Source: Candidatus Poribacteria bacterium
Lineage (GTDB): Bacteria; Poribacteria; WGA-4E; WGA-3G
DNA length: 64,000 bases
Direction of reading: 5' to 3'
Assembly: GCA_963663765.2 (NCBI GenBank)
Contig: CAXXUA010000004.1
Location: 864,001-928,000 of the forward strand
Shown: positions 44,701-53,391 of the stretch, piece after piece
How the letters are laid out: every line of letters starts with the position of its first letter
Numbering within the stretch: the stretch's first letter is position 1
Translations under genes and position numbers: made by a program
Notes under the pieces: generated by a model
The model's input: the letters and a program-made list of their open reading frames with translations, nothing else
Told to the model about the DNA's origin: nothing
Database searches by the model: none

Positions 44701-45190
44701 TTAATTCTTCTGGTGGTACATCTTGTGCTTGTTCAGACAGTGTTGCTGCTTTTGTTAGTTCACGTATAGCGTTTTCATGTTGGCGTAAGGTAACATATAT
44801 TTTGCCAAGTGCAAAAAATGCGTAATAATTGTTGCTGGATAATTCAGCTGCGCGCTGATATGCAGCAACTGCATCTGTATCTTTCCCAAGTCGTTTTTGT
44901 ATGTGACCTACAATCAGTTGGAGATTAGCATCATTTGGTTTAGCTTCTGCTTCCGCTTGATAGTCAGACAACATAGCCTCTAAACCATCACCTTCAAGGT
45001 AGAACTGGTATAGACGGTCAAATGTACTACCTTCTTTTGGCTTGCGTTGAAGCATAAGCTTATATCGTTCAATGACTTTTTCGTTGGATATTTCACTCTG
45101 TGCAAAAATGCTTATATCTAAACAGAAAATACCAAAGAAAACAAGACTCAATATATAAGCTGCAATGTGAAGTTTACCTGTTTTTTTCAC
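35753..45190 (-). CDS. Giant exported TPR protein (3145 aa) with LamG/ConA domain and C-terminal PA14/galactose-binding-like domain
   Basis: N-terminal signal/TM, dozens of TPRs, LamG (TMTAWIKP, WHHITG, FTGLIDEVSIWN) at about 37110-37770, WLILGPF...DDQSKVWVNG. Confidence 0.9.
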   Translation of the reverse strand: MKKTGKLHIAAYILSLVFFGIFCLDISIFAQSEISNEKVIERYKLMLQRKPKEGSTFDRLYQFYLEGDGLEAMLSDYQAEAEAKPNDANLQLIVGHIQKRLGKDTDAVAAYQRAAELSSNNYYAFFALGKIYVTLRQHENAIRELTKAATLSEQAQDVPPEELTEIYKSLGHAYFRRDKIDEAVKAWQKISELDPNDIFARIELADLFREQELYEQAIEQHQEIIKLKKDDPYRICLSRREIGNIYEAKTEYQNAIESYDEALSLTAPGNWLRKDLQHRIIGIYAADSNWKGLIEYYQVKLEETPNEPELLGLLAAAYIEDQQQEEGIKTYRKGVELAPTDTNLRLNLISALRNAEKYAGAAEEYEAISQQDPDNFGVYRELGELYLHLDDEEKARTTYQRMIDRAPNNAGTHLILAEIYTGHEWMEDAAAQYEKALSITPNNLDYIEYFGEFYFRQGNREKAIETWNRMVAGAKNVAENYDRLARLLDTKAYKTEALAASRKAVELKPEEYRYHEALAKRLMANSKFDDALVEFTEAAKLAPNEFFAEKMNDQRIELFRRQGTLVEKIEEAEAELKASNLPSETVFDHQKRLAKMYLKLGNITYALEVLLKAKELKPDDVIINRWLAKIYEQQGRRDDANTIFTRLIDVDNANAREYYANIARSYLNVMDFEEATEFAKKVVAHSPRNPDGHQLIAEIAKVSGNFDEAIDSLKKAIRLRPEATDIRSELAGTYKLAGKPRQAIAQYWRCWELSTSVSDKLIFIKPLSETYYNLGQRTELEDKLKLMAKTSPSSVAPVIALAELYRMQDDLSKARFQLARALDKKPDNPELLSELVNISLDLGDNQDALSYQEKLVKSDPDTAHQRRLGELLFDAGREQEAIQSWTKLLHAKNQTLEAEIKLATLLIRHGLVDEALLILDRAAEKITGPDAYQPLYQLGAMFVRLNESERALPHFQRILEMPKPDETDANKASASNTANRIGPPNIDIYKFNAAKNLVSTIQNSSSSNSRGRQWSPRDYDQAQSAAVVQIVTFLQQNGKQNELIDKLEAEVANNPRDIQTLEKLAQIYVLLEDTDKSEDITNRLIDASPNDITYKAIRLSREIQKGLDTETFEKYLNNIDGLSEEARLWYIISYVTKLYQEGKKAEAEKFFTDIKNIKFTSINTTYTYVNALVQSGKIDEAEKVIADLTYPPKTSWWQYQQIYQTLTTVYYRDGKIDKALDLSWKLLEDTKPKTSHARNVAPLATSSLSYGGYSPVQARFPTSTKYFNQNRLSYLQETFNRLWIVNQNDLLYAKLRSVLEAAEDTDRIFPSLAMSYCYWWDGQREKAQEIITNLQKEFPTDLTIKLITVFISIQTGQHTASIPLLEDLAEADPKNRRQYYDLMLQIALHHGNTAAVRKMMTSILNSPSGARDIYQFSLKLQEAGLTQFAVAVAKKAMTLSMRERDPNFLVQLSQHLQRLGRGQDAAILAERALRFAHQRDQYGRTMGSYNLQQATTIAHQSKNKNNREAILLEAVSKNPKSFRSQIKLANYYESISQVKKASDAFKAALELRPKDSMTRHRYAQMLQKNGNSVDAVTEYTALIKADPNILGNNYWEVTDLFFSAGKVDILVSMVKDSVIPAIGQSYASNFARNVAQECLRRNNPKASIELYELLIKEQPDYGYLYSSLASAYLAANERDKAIKFVRDNLETLAVPYQQQMVAKIVEIYKGSDEIDGLITEYTTELSENPEKPILIYLLARMKIMAKDLEGADQLTQQLLDMDSVRTEWITSLADAFRGAKDSKREIKLLEESLTRNTTQHSSQIASVYQKLGNAYKKEKEEEKALDAFRKMGALRLTRQYYWEKDSVARIYMQHKMWDEAEVLFTELLNDLSVDRYYRDRAREQLLTIKQKRDGKTETEESSEDIKSMNVGLQRALAQQYTRNNEVKKAIEIYENIYKIMPEDFESRKQLASLYTRQNEHDKATEIWKALLEADPVNTMYKDGLVTSYKNAGNLNTAFELAQSFIDQEPDVGAHYMRIARLYSGDNKNQEAITSYNKAVELMPGNAQVHQQLAKLYLQDDELDQAENAYINAIQYTADPYGRRNIERDLISLYKQQGTLEEKLTAAEENGTITLELQKELASHYKKENKLDEAVASYKRARNMTSDRYERQNISNEMLKLYVKQDKIDSAIEVYETLGQYSYTGMSISYSSSGVTVKFGGDDARNTLINAFNQESKLDSLRNIFEEKLEKDPKNVVFLEMIAEIYRKANDYVKTAEAYQALCEVQPSNVRGFYRAAIAYHKNEQTEDAKTMIEKGKTALANNSRKNDTWFVGSLATICHDNGLFEPTIDLVETITNNNNNKNLTAGSVNEVLLKLLGQSYIATLQYEKAANAYQNLVKIARNDSQRKTAETALHQANLQGNLYEKKIPEQEKNVQENPDDPDAYVVLAKSYEYTDNLEKAVAQYEKLSELQPDKPKWQRTIGDLYQNQRIKTGEVQNTALELDGKDSYFEVGDSETLNNINKQITMTAWIKPTNYPKRYQPIIFKGDNRNSDVSNRSYNLWLRNDGAIQLSSSPKGKQQSFVYSPSGSIMLNEWHHITGVIDSQNDSIKLYINGSEVGQKDYKGEESVHESTLPLRIGSSHEDIRETHATFTGLIDEVSIWNIPLTPEQIQSCMDNKLNGNEPGLVSYWSFDEMSDESISDVSPNSNDGKLMGTSKLTTYARPIFAPPGAEQMEKAAAAYEKAILIKPDNYEMYRLLAQIYIKADDPFKVESVYQRALDAPISQSDQNIVIQDIANLYTDKGLEKNLIPVLEELKPKMAWSAKLHELIGNTYKKLGDSENADLAYADWIKIREEQVSKSGEPADFRMFADELLTNNLFPETALKFAQQAAQNTSSSSYTYLLTLGRAYLVNEEFDKAYGQFKKSIIMVTHRDNQRDMFAWIAQFGKNTEQKDGFEELLKKLIEIETNDITVPMTLKLMLAEFYLTNDKPKQAKDVIKSTGFITEHQWLILGPFDNNGGIGYTTSYIPENTTEIDLKATYKGLNGKVSWKKCDDDLLNGYVSLGEDINWGVAYAYATVSSPDERDVQFKYDGDDQSKVWVNGKQVYTNNSAQAAVMDNNTIPVKLNAGKNTILVKVCEQTGFWGFYLRITDKDGKPYDDLTISEPE

Positions 45191-45221
45191 CTAAACGACC
45201 TCCATTTTATGTTATGTCTAC

Positions 45222-45341
45222 CAGGGTTATTCAGTTTTCCTAATCTTTGGATTTTTCAAAAATGAACCCCGCGGTAGGAGCGACCTCCCGGTCGCGATTT
45301 TCTCAGGAAACGACTAAAATAGCTAAAACTAAATAACCCTG
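45222..45341. mobile_element. 120-bp CAGGGTTATT MITE with 9-bp TSD TATGTCTAC and one GTAGGAGCGACC REP
   Basis: TIR and TSD read directly. Confidence 0.9.
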
Positions 45342-45376
45342 TATGTCTACATACCTTTATTGTAGTATTTAGAAGG

Positions 45377-46315
45377 TTATGCTGCCAACGCAGCGAATAT
45401 CGCTTTGATATAACCCACAGAATATGCTAACCCAACATTGCCTTCTAACCTTGGAATGTGGTCTGCATTAATACATCCATTAAACCCAACCTTTTTTAAT
45501 TCACTGACAATTCTATACATATTCATATCACCATCATCAAGTAACGTTTCCTCAAATGCCCCAGCAGTCGCAAGACTTCCTCGGACATTACGCAGGTGAA
45601 CCATAAAAATACGTCCCTTGCGACCATAATTGTTAATCTCATCAAGTACGATGGCACTCCCTCCAGCTTCAGCACGGGTTCCACAACAGTATAAATAACC
45701 GACATTCCTGCTTGGGAACGCATCAATCACGCGATGAAACCCCAATGTACCGAGTGGTGTATCAGGATTCGGAACATCAGACGGATGGATAGCAAGTTTA
45801 ATGTCATGTTCATCAGCAATTGGAACTAATGCATCGTATACTTCACAGAAACGTTTCCACCACTCCTCAAGTTCTGCCACCGTTGGTGTTTCAGGAGGGT
45901 TCTTTGTTGCTGCACGACTTTCTCCACGAGACGTATAGCCTCCACGATGTACCGCAGTATACCGTGTCATTAGATAGTCAAACGTATCACCCCAAAACCT
46001 TTGTCTTGCTATAGGGACTCCTGCTTCTGCAAACACTTGGAGTGCATTGCAAGTGTTCTCTAATTCCTTTTCCCCATCCGTTTGTCCTTTCATGAACTTT
46101 TCAGTGATGTTTGGTAGGGTAACACGATTTATGTCTAATCCATAGGAACGTATCCGTTTTTTTATTTTTAGTAGTTCATCTAAATCGGGATACCCTTGTT
46201 CCTTGACACCGGGAAATGAACCGCCATTTCCAAAGTCAATACAATCAGCACCGAGTTGGGTTACCTGTGTCAGATATGTGTCTGTAAGTCCGCCATCCCA
46301 GACAGAAACTTTCAT
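45377..46315 (-). CDS. uxuA: Mannonate dehydratase family protein
   Basis: LAIHPSD, MVHLRNVRG, FEETLLDDGDMNM, DHIP, LAYSVGYIKA. Confidence 0.8.
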   Translation of the reverse strand: MKVSVWDGGLTDTYLTQVTQLGADCIDFGNGGSFPGVKEQGYPDLDELLKIKKRIRSYGLDINRVTLPNITEKFMKGQTDGEKELENTCNALQVFAEAGVPIARQRFWGDTFDYLMTRYTAVHRGGYTSRGESRAATKNPPETPTVAELEEWWKRFCEVYDALVPIADEHDIKLAIHPSDVPNPDTPLGTLGFHRVIDAFPSRNVGYLYCCGTRAEAGGSAIVLDEINNYGRKGRIFMVHLRNVRGSLATAGAFEETLLDDGDMNMYRIVSELKKVGFNGCINADHIPRLEGNVGLAYSVGYIKAIFAALAA

Positions 46316-47331
46316 ACTTCCTCCTTTAACAAAGGTAATGCTACAGGATGTCCAGATTCAACGGATTGGTATGCAGCTAAAGCGATTTCAACTGCTGCCC
46401 TACCATCACGTCCTGAAATTGGAGGGGGTGTGTCTTGTCGAACCGCATTAACAAATACGCGTATTTCTTGTTGCACAGGCGGCGGTACTTTAATATCGCT
46501 AATGCGTATACTTCTTCCTTCCCCTTCAAAAGGTTTTATCTGAATAGATGCATCACCACCCCATATTTGTGGGAAATAGATAGATCCTTTTTCACAGTCA
46601 ACTCTCCCGCCGTAACCACCTACCGCAGCAACATGACTGGAATGTAACAATCCCACAGCTCCATTCTCAAAATTCAATGAAGCAAGCACAACATCAGGAT
46701 AGTCTGTATGTTCTTGGACGTATTGACCACCTGCAGCAAACACGGATTTTACATCTCCGCAGGTCCACCGCATAAAATCTATCTCATGTGCGTTGATTTC
46801 CATGAGACTGCCACCGGACTTTGCCCTTTCCAACCGCCATGGAGTGCGATGTCCACCCCGCCAAGGTCCACCAATACGATGCACCATCATGTTGACAGGT
46901 ACTCCTAATTCGCCGCTATGGACAATTTCACGTACTCTGGAATGTGTGGCATGGTAACGACAGACCAAACCAATTGTCAATTTGACTCCGTTTTCCGATG
47001 TCGCTTTGATCATTGCATCACAATCTTCCAATGTGGGTGCCATCGGTTTTTCGGAGAAAATGTGTTTTCCAGCATTTGCAGCGTCAACCGCCATCTGTGC
47101 ATGTAAGAATGGTGGTGAAGCAATAAGGACTACGTCAATATCATCATTTCCAAGCAGTTCATGGTAATCAGTTGTGTAGTTTGTGTCAAGGTTGTCAGCA
47201 AGTGTTTTTGCTAATTTCTGCTGTAGATCACTGACGCAAATGACCTCTATACCTTCAACAGCATTCGCTCCATTTGCAAGGCTTCTGCCCATACCACCAC
47301 AACCAATTACCCCTACTCCAACTGTTTCCAT
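46312..47331 (-). CDS. Gfo/Idh/MocA oxidoreductase
   Basis: GCGGMG, GKHIFSEKP, HEID. Confidence 0.92.
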   Translation of the reverse strand: METVGVGVIGCGGMGRSLANGANAVEGIEVICVSDLQQKLAKTLADNLDTNYTTDYHELLGNDDIDVVLIASPPFLHAQMAVDAANAGKHIFSEKPMAPTLEDCDAMIKATSENGVKLTIGLVCRYHATHSRVREIVHSGELGVPVNMMVHRIGGPWRGGHRTPWRLERAKSGGSLMEINAHEIDFMRWTCGDVKSVFAAGGQYVQEHTDYPDVVLASLNFENGAVGLLHSSHVAAVGGYGGRVDCEKGSIYFPQIWGGDASIQIKPFEGEGRSIRISDIKVPPPVQQEIRVFVNAVRQDTPPPISGRDGRAAVEIALAAYQSVESGHPVALPLLKEEV

Positions 47332-47447
47332 ATAATTTATACCCCAAATTTACCAATTGTTGAGAAAACCTACACCAAGACACTGCTGCGAAACAAATGA
47401 TAATAGCTAAACAGACAATAAACCAATTCCAAAAATTCTCAATTCAA

Positions 47448-48285
47448 TTATCTACGTCTTGACTTGATCTGTCCCCATGTCACACTCAAATGTTTACTTG
47501 TAGGACTAACATCAAGACCTTCTGCATTCATATTGTGTACTACTTCAGCAGCAGTCAACGCACGGTCATATATACGAAATTCGTCTATATATCCTTAGTA
47601 TAGCATCACAATTACAACCATCAGACCTATCACCAATAGCAAGTTTTAGACCACCTTTAGCAAGATTACCACCTGCAACTGAATGCTGTATAGCAAGTTC
47701 TCCATTCACATAGTAATTTGCTACAGAACCATCATAAGTACCAACAAGGTGTAACCATTTGTCAAGTGGGATATCTTCCTGAACAGTGTGTTCGGCAGCT
47801 TGTGTCGCATTATTACCAACTTTGACAAAAAAACCATGTCGGTTGTCATCGTCATCATAATATAGACTTGCGACTTTACTGTTTGTGGGTTCATCATCAA
47901 GAGAAATAATTCGATTCCAACTATCATCCAGTGCTATGATATATACCCAACATTCCAATGTTATCTCATTCCAATCTCTGTCAATTCTGGGTGGGTTTGT
48001 ATCTTCTACAAGAAGATAGTCTACTTCACCGTCAAGTAGGATACATTCACCCACCTTACAATCAGGTGCAAGCGCGAGTTCAGGATCTCCATTAACTCTT
48101 GCAATCAGTCCAGCATACGTGTCTTCAACGTAATCTTGTATCTGCACTGTACCGCTATCAAATGACCAATAAGCCACTAATCCATCCTCAACAGCACCAA
48201 TAATAGCATCTGTCGAATATGTAGTCATAAACAAGAGAAAACAAATAATCGCTATTACCTTTATTGATAAAAAGGCCTGTTTCAT
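47448..48285 (-). pseudogene. Secreted LamG-domain protein with a +1 frameshift near 47598
   Basis: The shifted frame gives GYIDEFRIYDRALTAAEV...LDVSPTSKHLSVTWGQIKSRR* ending at 47448; may be a sequencing error. Confidence 0.8.
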
Positions 48286-48552
48286 AGCAAGAATACCTCC
48301 TATGCTGTATGTATTATAAAAGTTAATACAGAATTGGGTATAACTTTTGAGACCAATATTCCTCCCAATTATAACCTATCGAGACTTACGCAGTTTTCAT
48401 GATTTAAACAAGAATTATGACGAAAATGATGTAATTTTCAGCATTTTAAACTTCCAGCGCCGCTAACAAAACCCACCTACCTTTATGCGTAAGTCCTAAC
48501 GATGCATTTATTCATCAATAAGAAAGGGTAATGAAAAACATAATTCTAATAT

Positions 48553-48779
48553 AACGACTTGTGCCAGTTAACCCATTGTTTTCAAAGTTTTTACATATAT
48601 TAGGTTTATAATGCATACATATCGTCCCTACGGGACTAAAGAGGATGTACTATACCGTTTTTCTATAAACATATCGTCCCTACGGGACTGAAGATCGTTT
48701 CAAACTATGAAGGACACCTGCAAAACGCCATGCTTATGTGAAACAATGATTAACATATAGTTATTTAGCACAACTCGTT
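48553..48779. mobile_element. AACGA(C/G)TTGTGC-ended MITE with AATAT duplication, inserted at the stop codon of the adjacent gene
   Basis: TIR and flanking direct repeat. Confidence 0.8.
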
Positions 48780-50169
48780 AATATAGGTCTCGTATAGCAC
48801 GACGACGACGGTCTTCTCGAATATCTTCTCTTTCTTCATCAGAAACTTGGTCAACACCTACAGCCCTTATTGAACGATATTGCGCCGCTTCACTTCTACG
48901 TTTAAAGAGTCGGAAATAATCAAATCTTGTAAGGGTTGGTGGGATATTTCCTGGGCAAAGAGAATGTAAACCTACATTTACTCTTGGTCCCATAGCGACC
49001 CGTGTGACACCGACACCTTTCCAATGAATGCCGTCCTGACTTGCAAAAGCCATGAATTGATTACCTCTACGTTCAAGACGTAAGAATAGTTCGCGAACAT
49101 TCCGCATTCCCCCGCGAGCGACAAGACTAAACCGACGATTGACATGTCGTTCAAAACGAACATCTCCACGGAAAGCGTGCGGTCCCGAGGTTTTCTCTAA
49201 TCGTACGAACTGGTTTTCATTTTTCCATATAATCAAACCACCATGTTCTCTGAGTTGCGATGAGATACGCATACGTGTTTCAATTGCAAAGTCTTCAGTA
49301 ACATCCATCAGGAGTCGAGGTGCTGTCATATCTCCACCTCTACCATTTGGACCGTGCCACAAGTCTTGTCCTGGATCAGTTCGCATCTGAAGGTAACCTT
49401 GCCGTTCAGTCCAATCACCGCCTCCTTGCGGGTCTACCCATTGCCATTCAGGACGCATATCATTTCCAATAAATTCGTCATCAAAAACCATTTCAGTGAA
49501 TTCGCCAGATGATGCCCAACCTTCAATTTTGATAGCAGAAATTTTATCACCAAAACTCTGCGGAAGAAGATGAAGATTTGGGAGTTCTTTCTTATAATCT
49601 TGCGGTTCCATCCGTATCATCAACTTTTGCCCTTCAAAATCAGGATGTTCATAGAAAACGACATCAGCCCCATCAGAAGGGAAATTCGGTCCTTTAAAGA
49701 TTTGGACAGAGGAAATCCTGTCTTCAAACCAAGTACCACCCTGTGGTGTACGTAGGTTCGCTATATCACGCAATATTGTGATTTTCTTTCCTCTAAATTC
49801 AGTATCCTCATAACAGTGTACAATTAAGGGAATGGTGCCCCATTCCGGTCCCACAACATCTATTGTTGAACCGAAGTTGATAGAAGATACTCTATCAGCA
49901 AAGTTGTATGCGACATCATGCAAGTTAGGATAGAATCCAGGACCCAATGCTAACTTTTTCCCTTTGTAGTTAGCATGTTGATATAAGAGAGCCTTATAAT
50001 TTGGACTGCCTGAAAAATTTGGACCTTTATAAATTTTCAGAGATGAGATATTATCTTGAAAACCAATTCTTCCTGTATGTGGTACAGGTTCCAAGATATA
50101 TCCCATCCTACCGCGATAGTTTACATGCTGAAATGCCTCTACGATGAGACGGGGAATTACAACTGGCAT
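48778..50169 (-). CDS. Beta/gamma-crystallin domains fused to a DUF1349/beta-xylosidase C-terminal ConA-like domain
   Basis: Four Greek-key motifs of the type (F/Y)xxxx(Y/F)xG...D(R/K/N)(I/V)S(S/A); DLW...TAPRLL, LRLERRGNQF. Confidence 0.8.
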   Translation of the reverse strand: MPVVIPRLIVEAFQHVNYRGRMGYILEPVPHTGRIGFQDNISSLKIYKGPNFSGSPNYKALLYQHANYKGKKLALGPGFYPNLHDVAYNFADRVSSINFGSTIDVVGPEWGTIPLIVHCYEDTEFRGKKITILRDIANLRTPQGGTWFEDRISSVQIFKGPNFPSDGADVVFYEHPDFEGQKLMIRMEPQDYKKELPNLHLLPQSFGDKISAIKIEGWASSGEFTEMVFDDEFIGNDMRPEWQWVDPQGGGDWTERQGYLQMRTDPGQDLWHGPNGRGGDMTAPRLLMDVTEDFAIETRMRISSQLREHGGLIIWKNENQFVRLEKTSGPHAFRGDVRFERHVNRRFSLVARGGMRNVRELFLRLERRGNQFMAFASQDGIHWKGVGVTRVAMGPRVNVGLHSLCPGNIPPTLTRFDYFRLFKRRSEAAQYRSIRAVGVDQVSDEEREDIREDRRRRAIRDLY

Positions 50170-50239
50170 CTTTTTCTCCTATGTGTTAATATGCATTCAT
50201 TACAGTATTCTAACCACTTTTCTGTCAATTGTAAAAATA

Positions 50240-51238
50240 TTAATCTTCAAAAGCAGCATCAAACGCAACAGCGGAAGGTTCAAAGTCATACCCTTTTACT
50301 GCACCACATGCTTCACTTGCGCCGTGTTCACGGTCCATACCACTGTCTTCCCATTCAATTGAGAGTGGACCATCATAACCGATGTTATTCAATGCACGAA
50401 TAATTTCTTCGAAATCAATACTTCCACGACCGATTGAACGGAAATCCCAGAAACGTCTTGCATCTCCGAATCCGAGATGACCACCGAATACACCTGCTAA
50501 CCGTGGTGTGTCTGCCCACCAGACATCTTTCATGTGCACATGATAGATACGGTCGCGGAAAATCTCTATGAATGCGACATAATCGACGCCTTGATATCCA
50601 AGGTGACTTGGGTCATAGTTGAAACCGAATGTTTCTCTACCATCAAGGACATCAATTGCGCGTTGTGCAGTTACGATGTCAAAAGCAATCTCAGTTGGAT
50701 GTACTTCCAGTCCGAACTTCACACCGACCTCATCAAAGACATCAAAAATCGGATTCCATCTCTCAGCAAAGTCTTTGAAACCGGCATCAATTTCTGATGC
50801 TCCAACAGGGGGAAATGAGTATAGAAAATGCCAGATAGAACTTCCTGTAAATCCGTTTACGACATCTACACCGAGTTGCGCTGCAGCACGTGCTGTGTTT
50901 TTCATCTCTTCCGCAGCTCGCTCCTGGACACCTGAGGGATCACCGTCCCCCCATATTGCTTCTGAGAGTATCCCTTGATGTCTGCTGTCAATGTTGTCAC
51001 ATACTGCTTGTCCGACAAGGTGATTGCTTATTGACCACACCTTCAAGTTATACTTTGCAAGCAGGTCATGTCTACCTTGGCAATAACCATCATCGGATAG
51101 TGCTTTGTCTACTTCAAAATGATCACCCCAGCAAGCGAGTTCTAAACCGTCATAACCCCACTCACTGGCTTTCTTTGCCAAATCTTCAAGTGTTAAATCT
51201 GCCCACTGTCCTGTAAACAGAGTCACAGGTCTTGCCAT
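50240..51238 (-). CDS. Sugar phosphate isomerase/epimerase (xylose-isomerase-like TIM barrel)
   Basis: [29 protein letters not shown]. Confidence 0.9.
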   Translation of the reverse strand: MARPVTLFTGQWADLTLEDLAKKASEWGYDGLELACWGDHFEVDKALSDDGYCQGRHDLLAKYNLKVWSISNHLVGQAVCDNIDSRHQGILSEAIWGDGDPSGVQERAAEEMKNTARAAAQLGVDVVNGFTGSSIWHFLYSFPPVGASEIDAGFKDFAERWNPIFDVFDEVGVKFGLEVHPTEIAFDIVTAQRAIDVLDGRETFGFNYDPSHLGYQGVDYVAFIEIFRDRIYHVHMKDVWWADTPRLAGVFGGHLGFGDARRFWDFRSIGRGSIDFEEIIRALNNIGYDGPLSIEWEDSGMDREHGASEACGAVKGYDFEPSAVAFDAAFED

Positions 51239-51301
51239 ATTGTATCTCCTTCTTTACATTGAAATTCTTTACATTGAAATTTATTTTTTACTTCATATAA
51301 G

Positions 51302-51423
51302 CAGGATTTACGCAAAAAAGGTAGACGTGCTTTGTAAGCGCGCTGGAAACCCATAAAAACGCTGATAATTGCATCATTTTCAGCAGTTTTCTTGATTAAA
51401 TCAAGAAAACTGCGTAAGTCCTG
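51302..51423. mobile_element. 122-bp CAGGA(C/T)TTACGCA MITE with TSD ATAAG
   Basis: TIR and TSD; inverted copy of 20180..20301. Confidence 0.88.
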
Positions 51424-51444
51424 ATAAGATAATTTTTACGACTA

Positions 51445-52686
51445 CTACGCAGGAGGTGTATAACTTGCATCAACCCAACCCCGCTGCTTTCCACTTTCTA
51501 CCGCAATATTGATGAAATGGACACCACGTGCGCCATCTTGCACAGTTGGGAAATCGGTGTCAAATTCACCTGGGGTTTCACCTGTTATTCTTGCTGCCAT
51601 TGTGCGAGAAGCGTTGACATAAATATTTGCAAATGCCTCTATGAATGCTTCGGGATGACCAAAGGGTATACGAGAATTGTGTTGTGCGATCTCGGCAAGA
51701 TAGTCATTCCCACGTTTATATACCTGTTCGGGGCCGTCAGGATAACGGACATAGAGGTAATTTGGGTTTTCCTGATGCCAATCTAACGATGCATCTGTTC
51801 CATAAACACGAATACGTAAATTGTTCTCTTCTCCGACAGAGATCTGCGATGCAAAAAGGACACCGCGAACACCTTTCTCATAATGTACTAAAAGGTTTCC
51901 ATCATCTTCTAACAACCGTCCTTCAACAAAAGTGGTCATGTCGGCACAGACTTCTTCCATTTCAAGTTGTGTAATGTAATGTGCTAAATTTTCTGCGTGT
52001 GAACCGATGTCCCCGATACATGACGATGCGCCTGCTTGTTTCGGATCTGTACGCCATACTGCTTGCTTAGCACCTTCGTCCTCTAAAAATGTTGACAACC
52101 AACCCTGCGGATATTCTACGACTATCTTCCGAATTGTTCCGAGTTTCCTTTCTTTGACAAGTTCCCGTGCTTGTTTCACCATAGGATAACCCGTATAGTT
52201 GTGCGTCAGAGCAAAAACTACATCGTGCTCATTCACAAGACGACACAATGTTTCTGCATCTTCTACTGTTGTCGTCATCGGTTTATCACAAACCACATGA
52301 AATCCTGCTTCTATGAAGGTCTTTGCAACATCAAAGTGAACATGATTAGGTGTGACAATTGAGACAAAGTCAATTCTTTGACCTTCGGGAAGTTGACTCT
52401 CCTTCTCTGCCATCTCCTTATAAGAACCGTATACACGGTTATCGTCAAGATAGAGTTCTTTACCTTGTTGCTTTGATTTTTCTGGAGACGAAGAAAATGC
52501 ACCAGCAACTAAATCTATTTCACCATCAAGTGCAGCAGCCTTGCGATGCACAGCTCCAATGAATGCATCCGGACCACCGCCTACCATTCCATAACGTATT
52601 TTCCTACCAAGTGGCATATTGCGTATCCATTCCTTTGTTCGGTGTGCGATGACATCTGCACGTGACATCTCTTGTTTAATCAACAC
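51445..52686 (-). CDS. Gfo/Idh/MocA oxidoreductase (true start may be slightly downstream)
   Basis: GMVGGG, TPNHVH, CDKP, DIGSHA. Confidence 0.92.
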   Translation of the reverse strand: MLIKQEMSRADVIAHRTKEWIRNMPLGRKIRYGMVGGGPDAFIGAVHRKAAALDGEIDLVAGAFSSSPEKSKQQGKELYLDDNRVYGSYKEMAEKESQLPEGQRIDFVSIVTPNHVHFDVAKTFIEAGFHVVCDKPMTTTVEDAETLCRLVNEHDVVFALTHNYTGYPMVKQARELVKERKLGTIRKIVVEYPQGWLSTFLEDEGAKQAVWRTDPKQAGASSCIGDIGSHAENLAHYITQLEMEEVCADMTTFVEGRLLEDDGNLLVHYEKGVRGVLFASQISVGEENNLRIRVYGTDASLDWHQENPNYLYVRYPDGPEQVYKRGNDYLAEIAQHNSRIPFGHPEAFIEAFANIYVNASRTMAARITGETPGEFDTDFPTVQDGARGVHFINIAVESGKQRGWVDASYTPPA

Positions 52687-52761
52687 ACCAGATAAAATAT
52701 AATGAGTATTATAGAATTATCACATATTAAATCAATTTTTTCAAGGTCTTTTTGTTTTGTG

Positions 52762-52881
52762 CAGGGTTATTCAGTTTTCCTAATGTTTGAATTTTTCAAA
52801 AAATAACCATTCGGTAGGAGCGACCTCCTGGTCGCGATTTTCTCAGGAAACAGCTAAAATACCTAAAACTGAATAACCCTG
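52762..52881. mobile_element. 120-bp CAGGGTTATT MITE with 9-bp TSD TGTTTTGTG
   Basis: TIR and TSD; copy of 45222..45341. Confidence 0.9.
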
Positions 52882-53030
52882 TGTTTTGTGAAGGTTTATA
52901 GGGATTTTGGTATTAGTGTGAAGCAAGATTCATTGATTGGCTTGATTAGTTGTTGATGTTGCTGCATACCATTCCTATGGAATATTTTCTCTAAACAGGA
53001 AGAACTGATGTGATAATCCTGTAATTCTAA

Positions 53031-53279
53031 CAGGACTTATACCAAATAAACGGAATTTATCTTTTTCCAACGGTAGGTGCGGTTTCCTAACCGCACACTT
53101 AGCAAGACGAATCACGCTAATTGGGTATTACGCATTTTTCATGATTTGATGAAGTATTATGATGAAAATGATGCAATTATCAGCGTTTTTATGGGTTTCC
53201 GGCGCGCTTACAAAGCACCAAATCAACGGTATGAATGCTATTTAGGCATTCACCGCCTACAGTTTTTGCGTAAGTCCTG
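53031..53279. mobile_element. CAGGACTTA-family composite MITE with TSD TCTAA
   Basis: TIR and TSD; holds two REP types and a 36-nt micro-insert. Confidence 0.8.
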
Positions 53280-53391
53280 TCTAATAATACTGAAAATTCT
53301 GGTTCATACAAAAAAATCAACACCAAAAACTATTGTTTTGATGTTGATTTTATCAAGCACACAAGAAGAATTTGAAAAGATCAATTTTATA

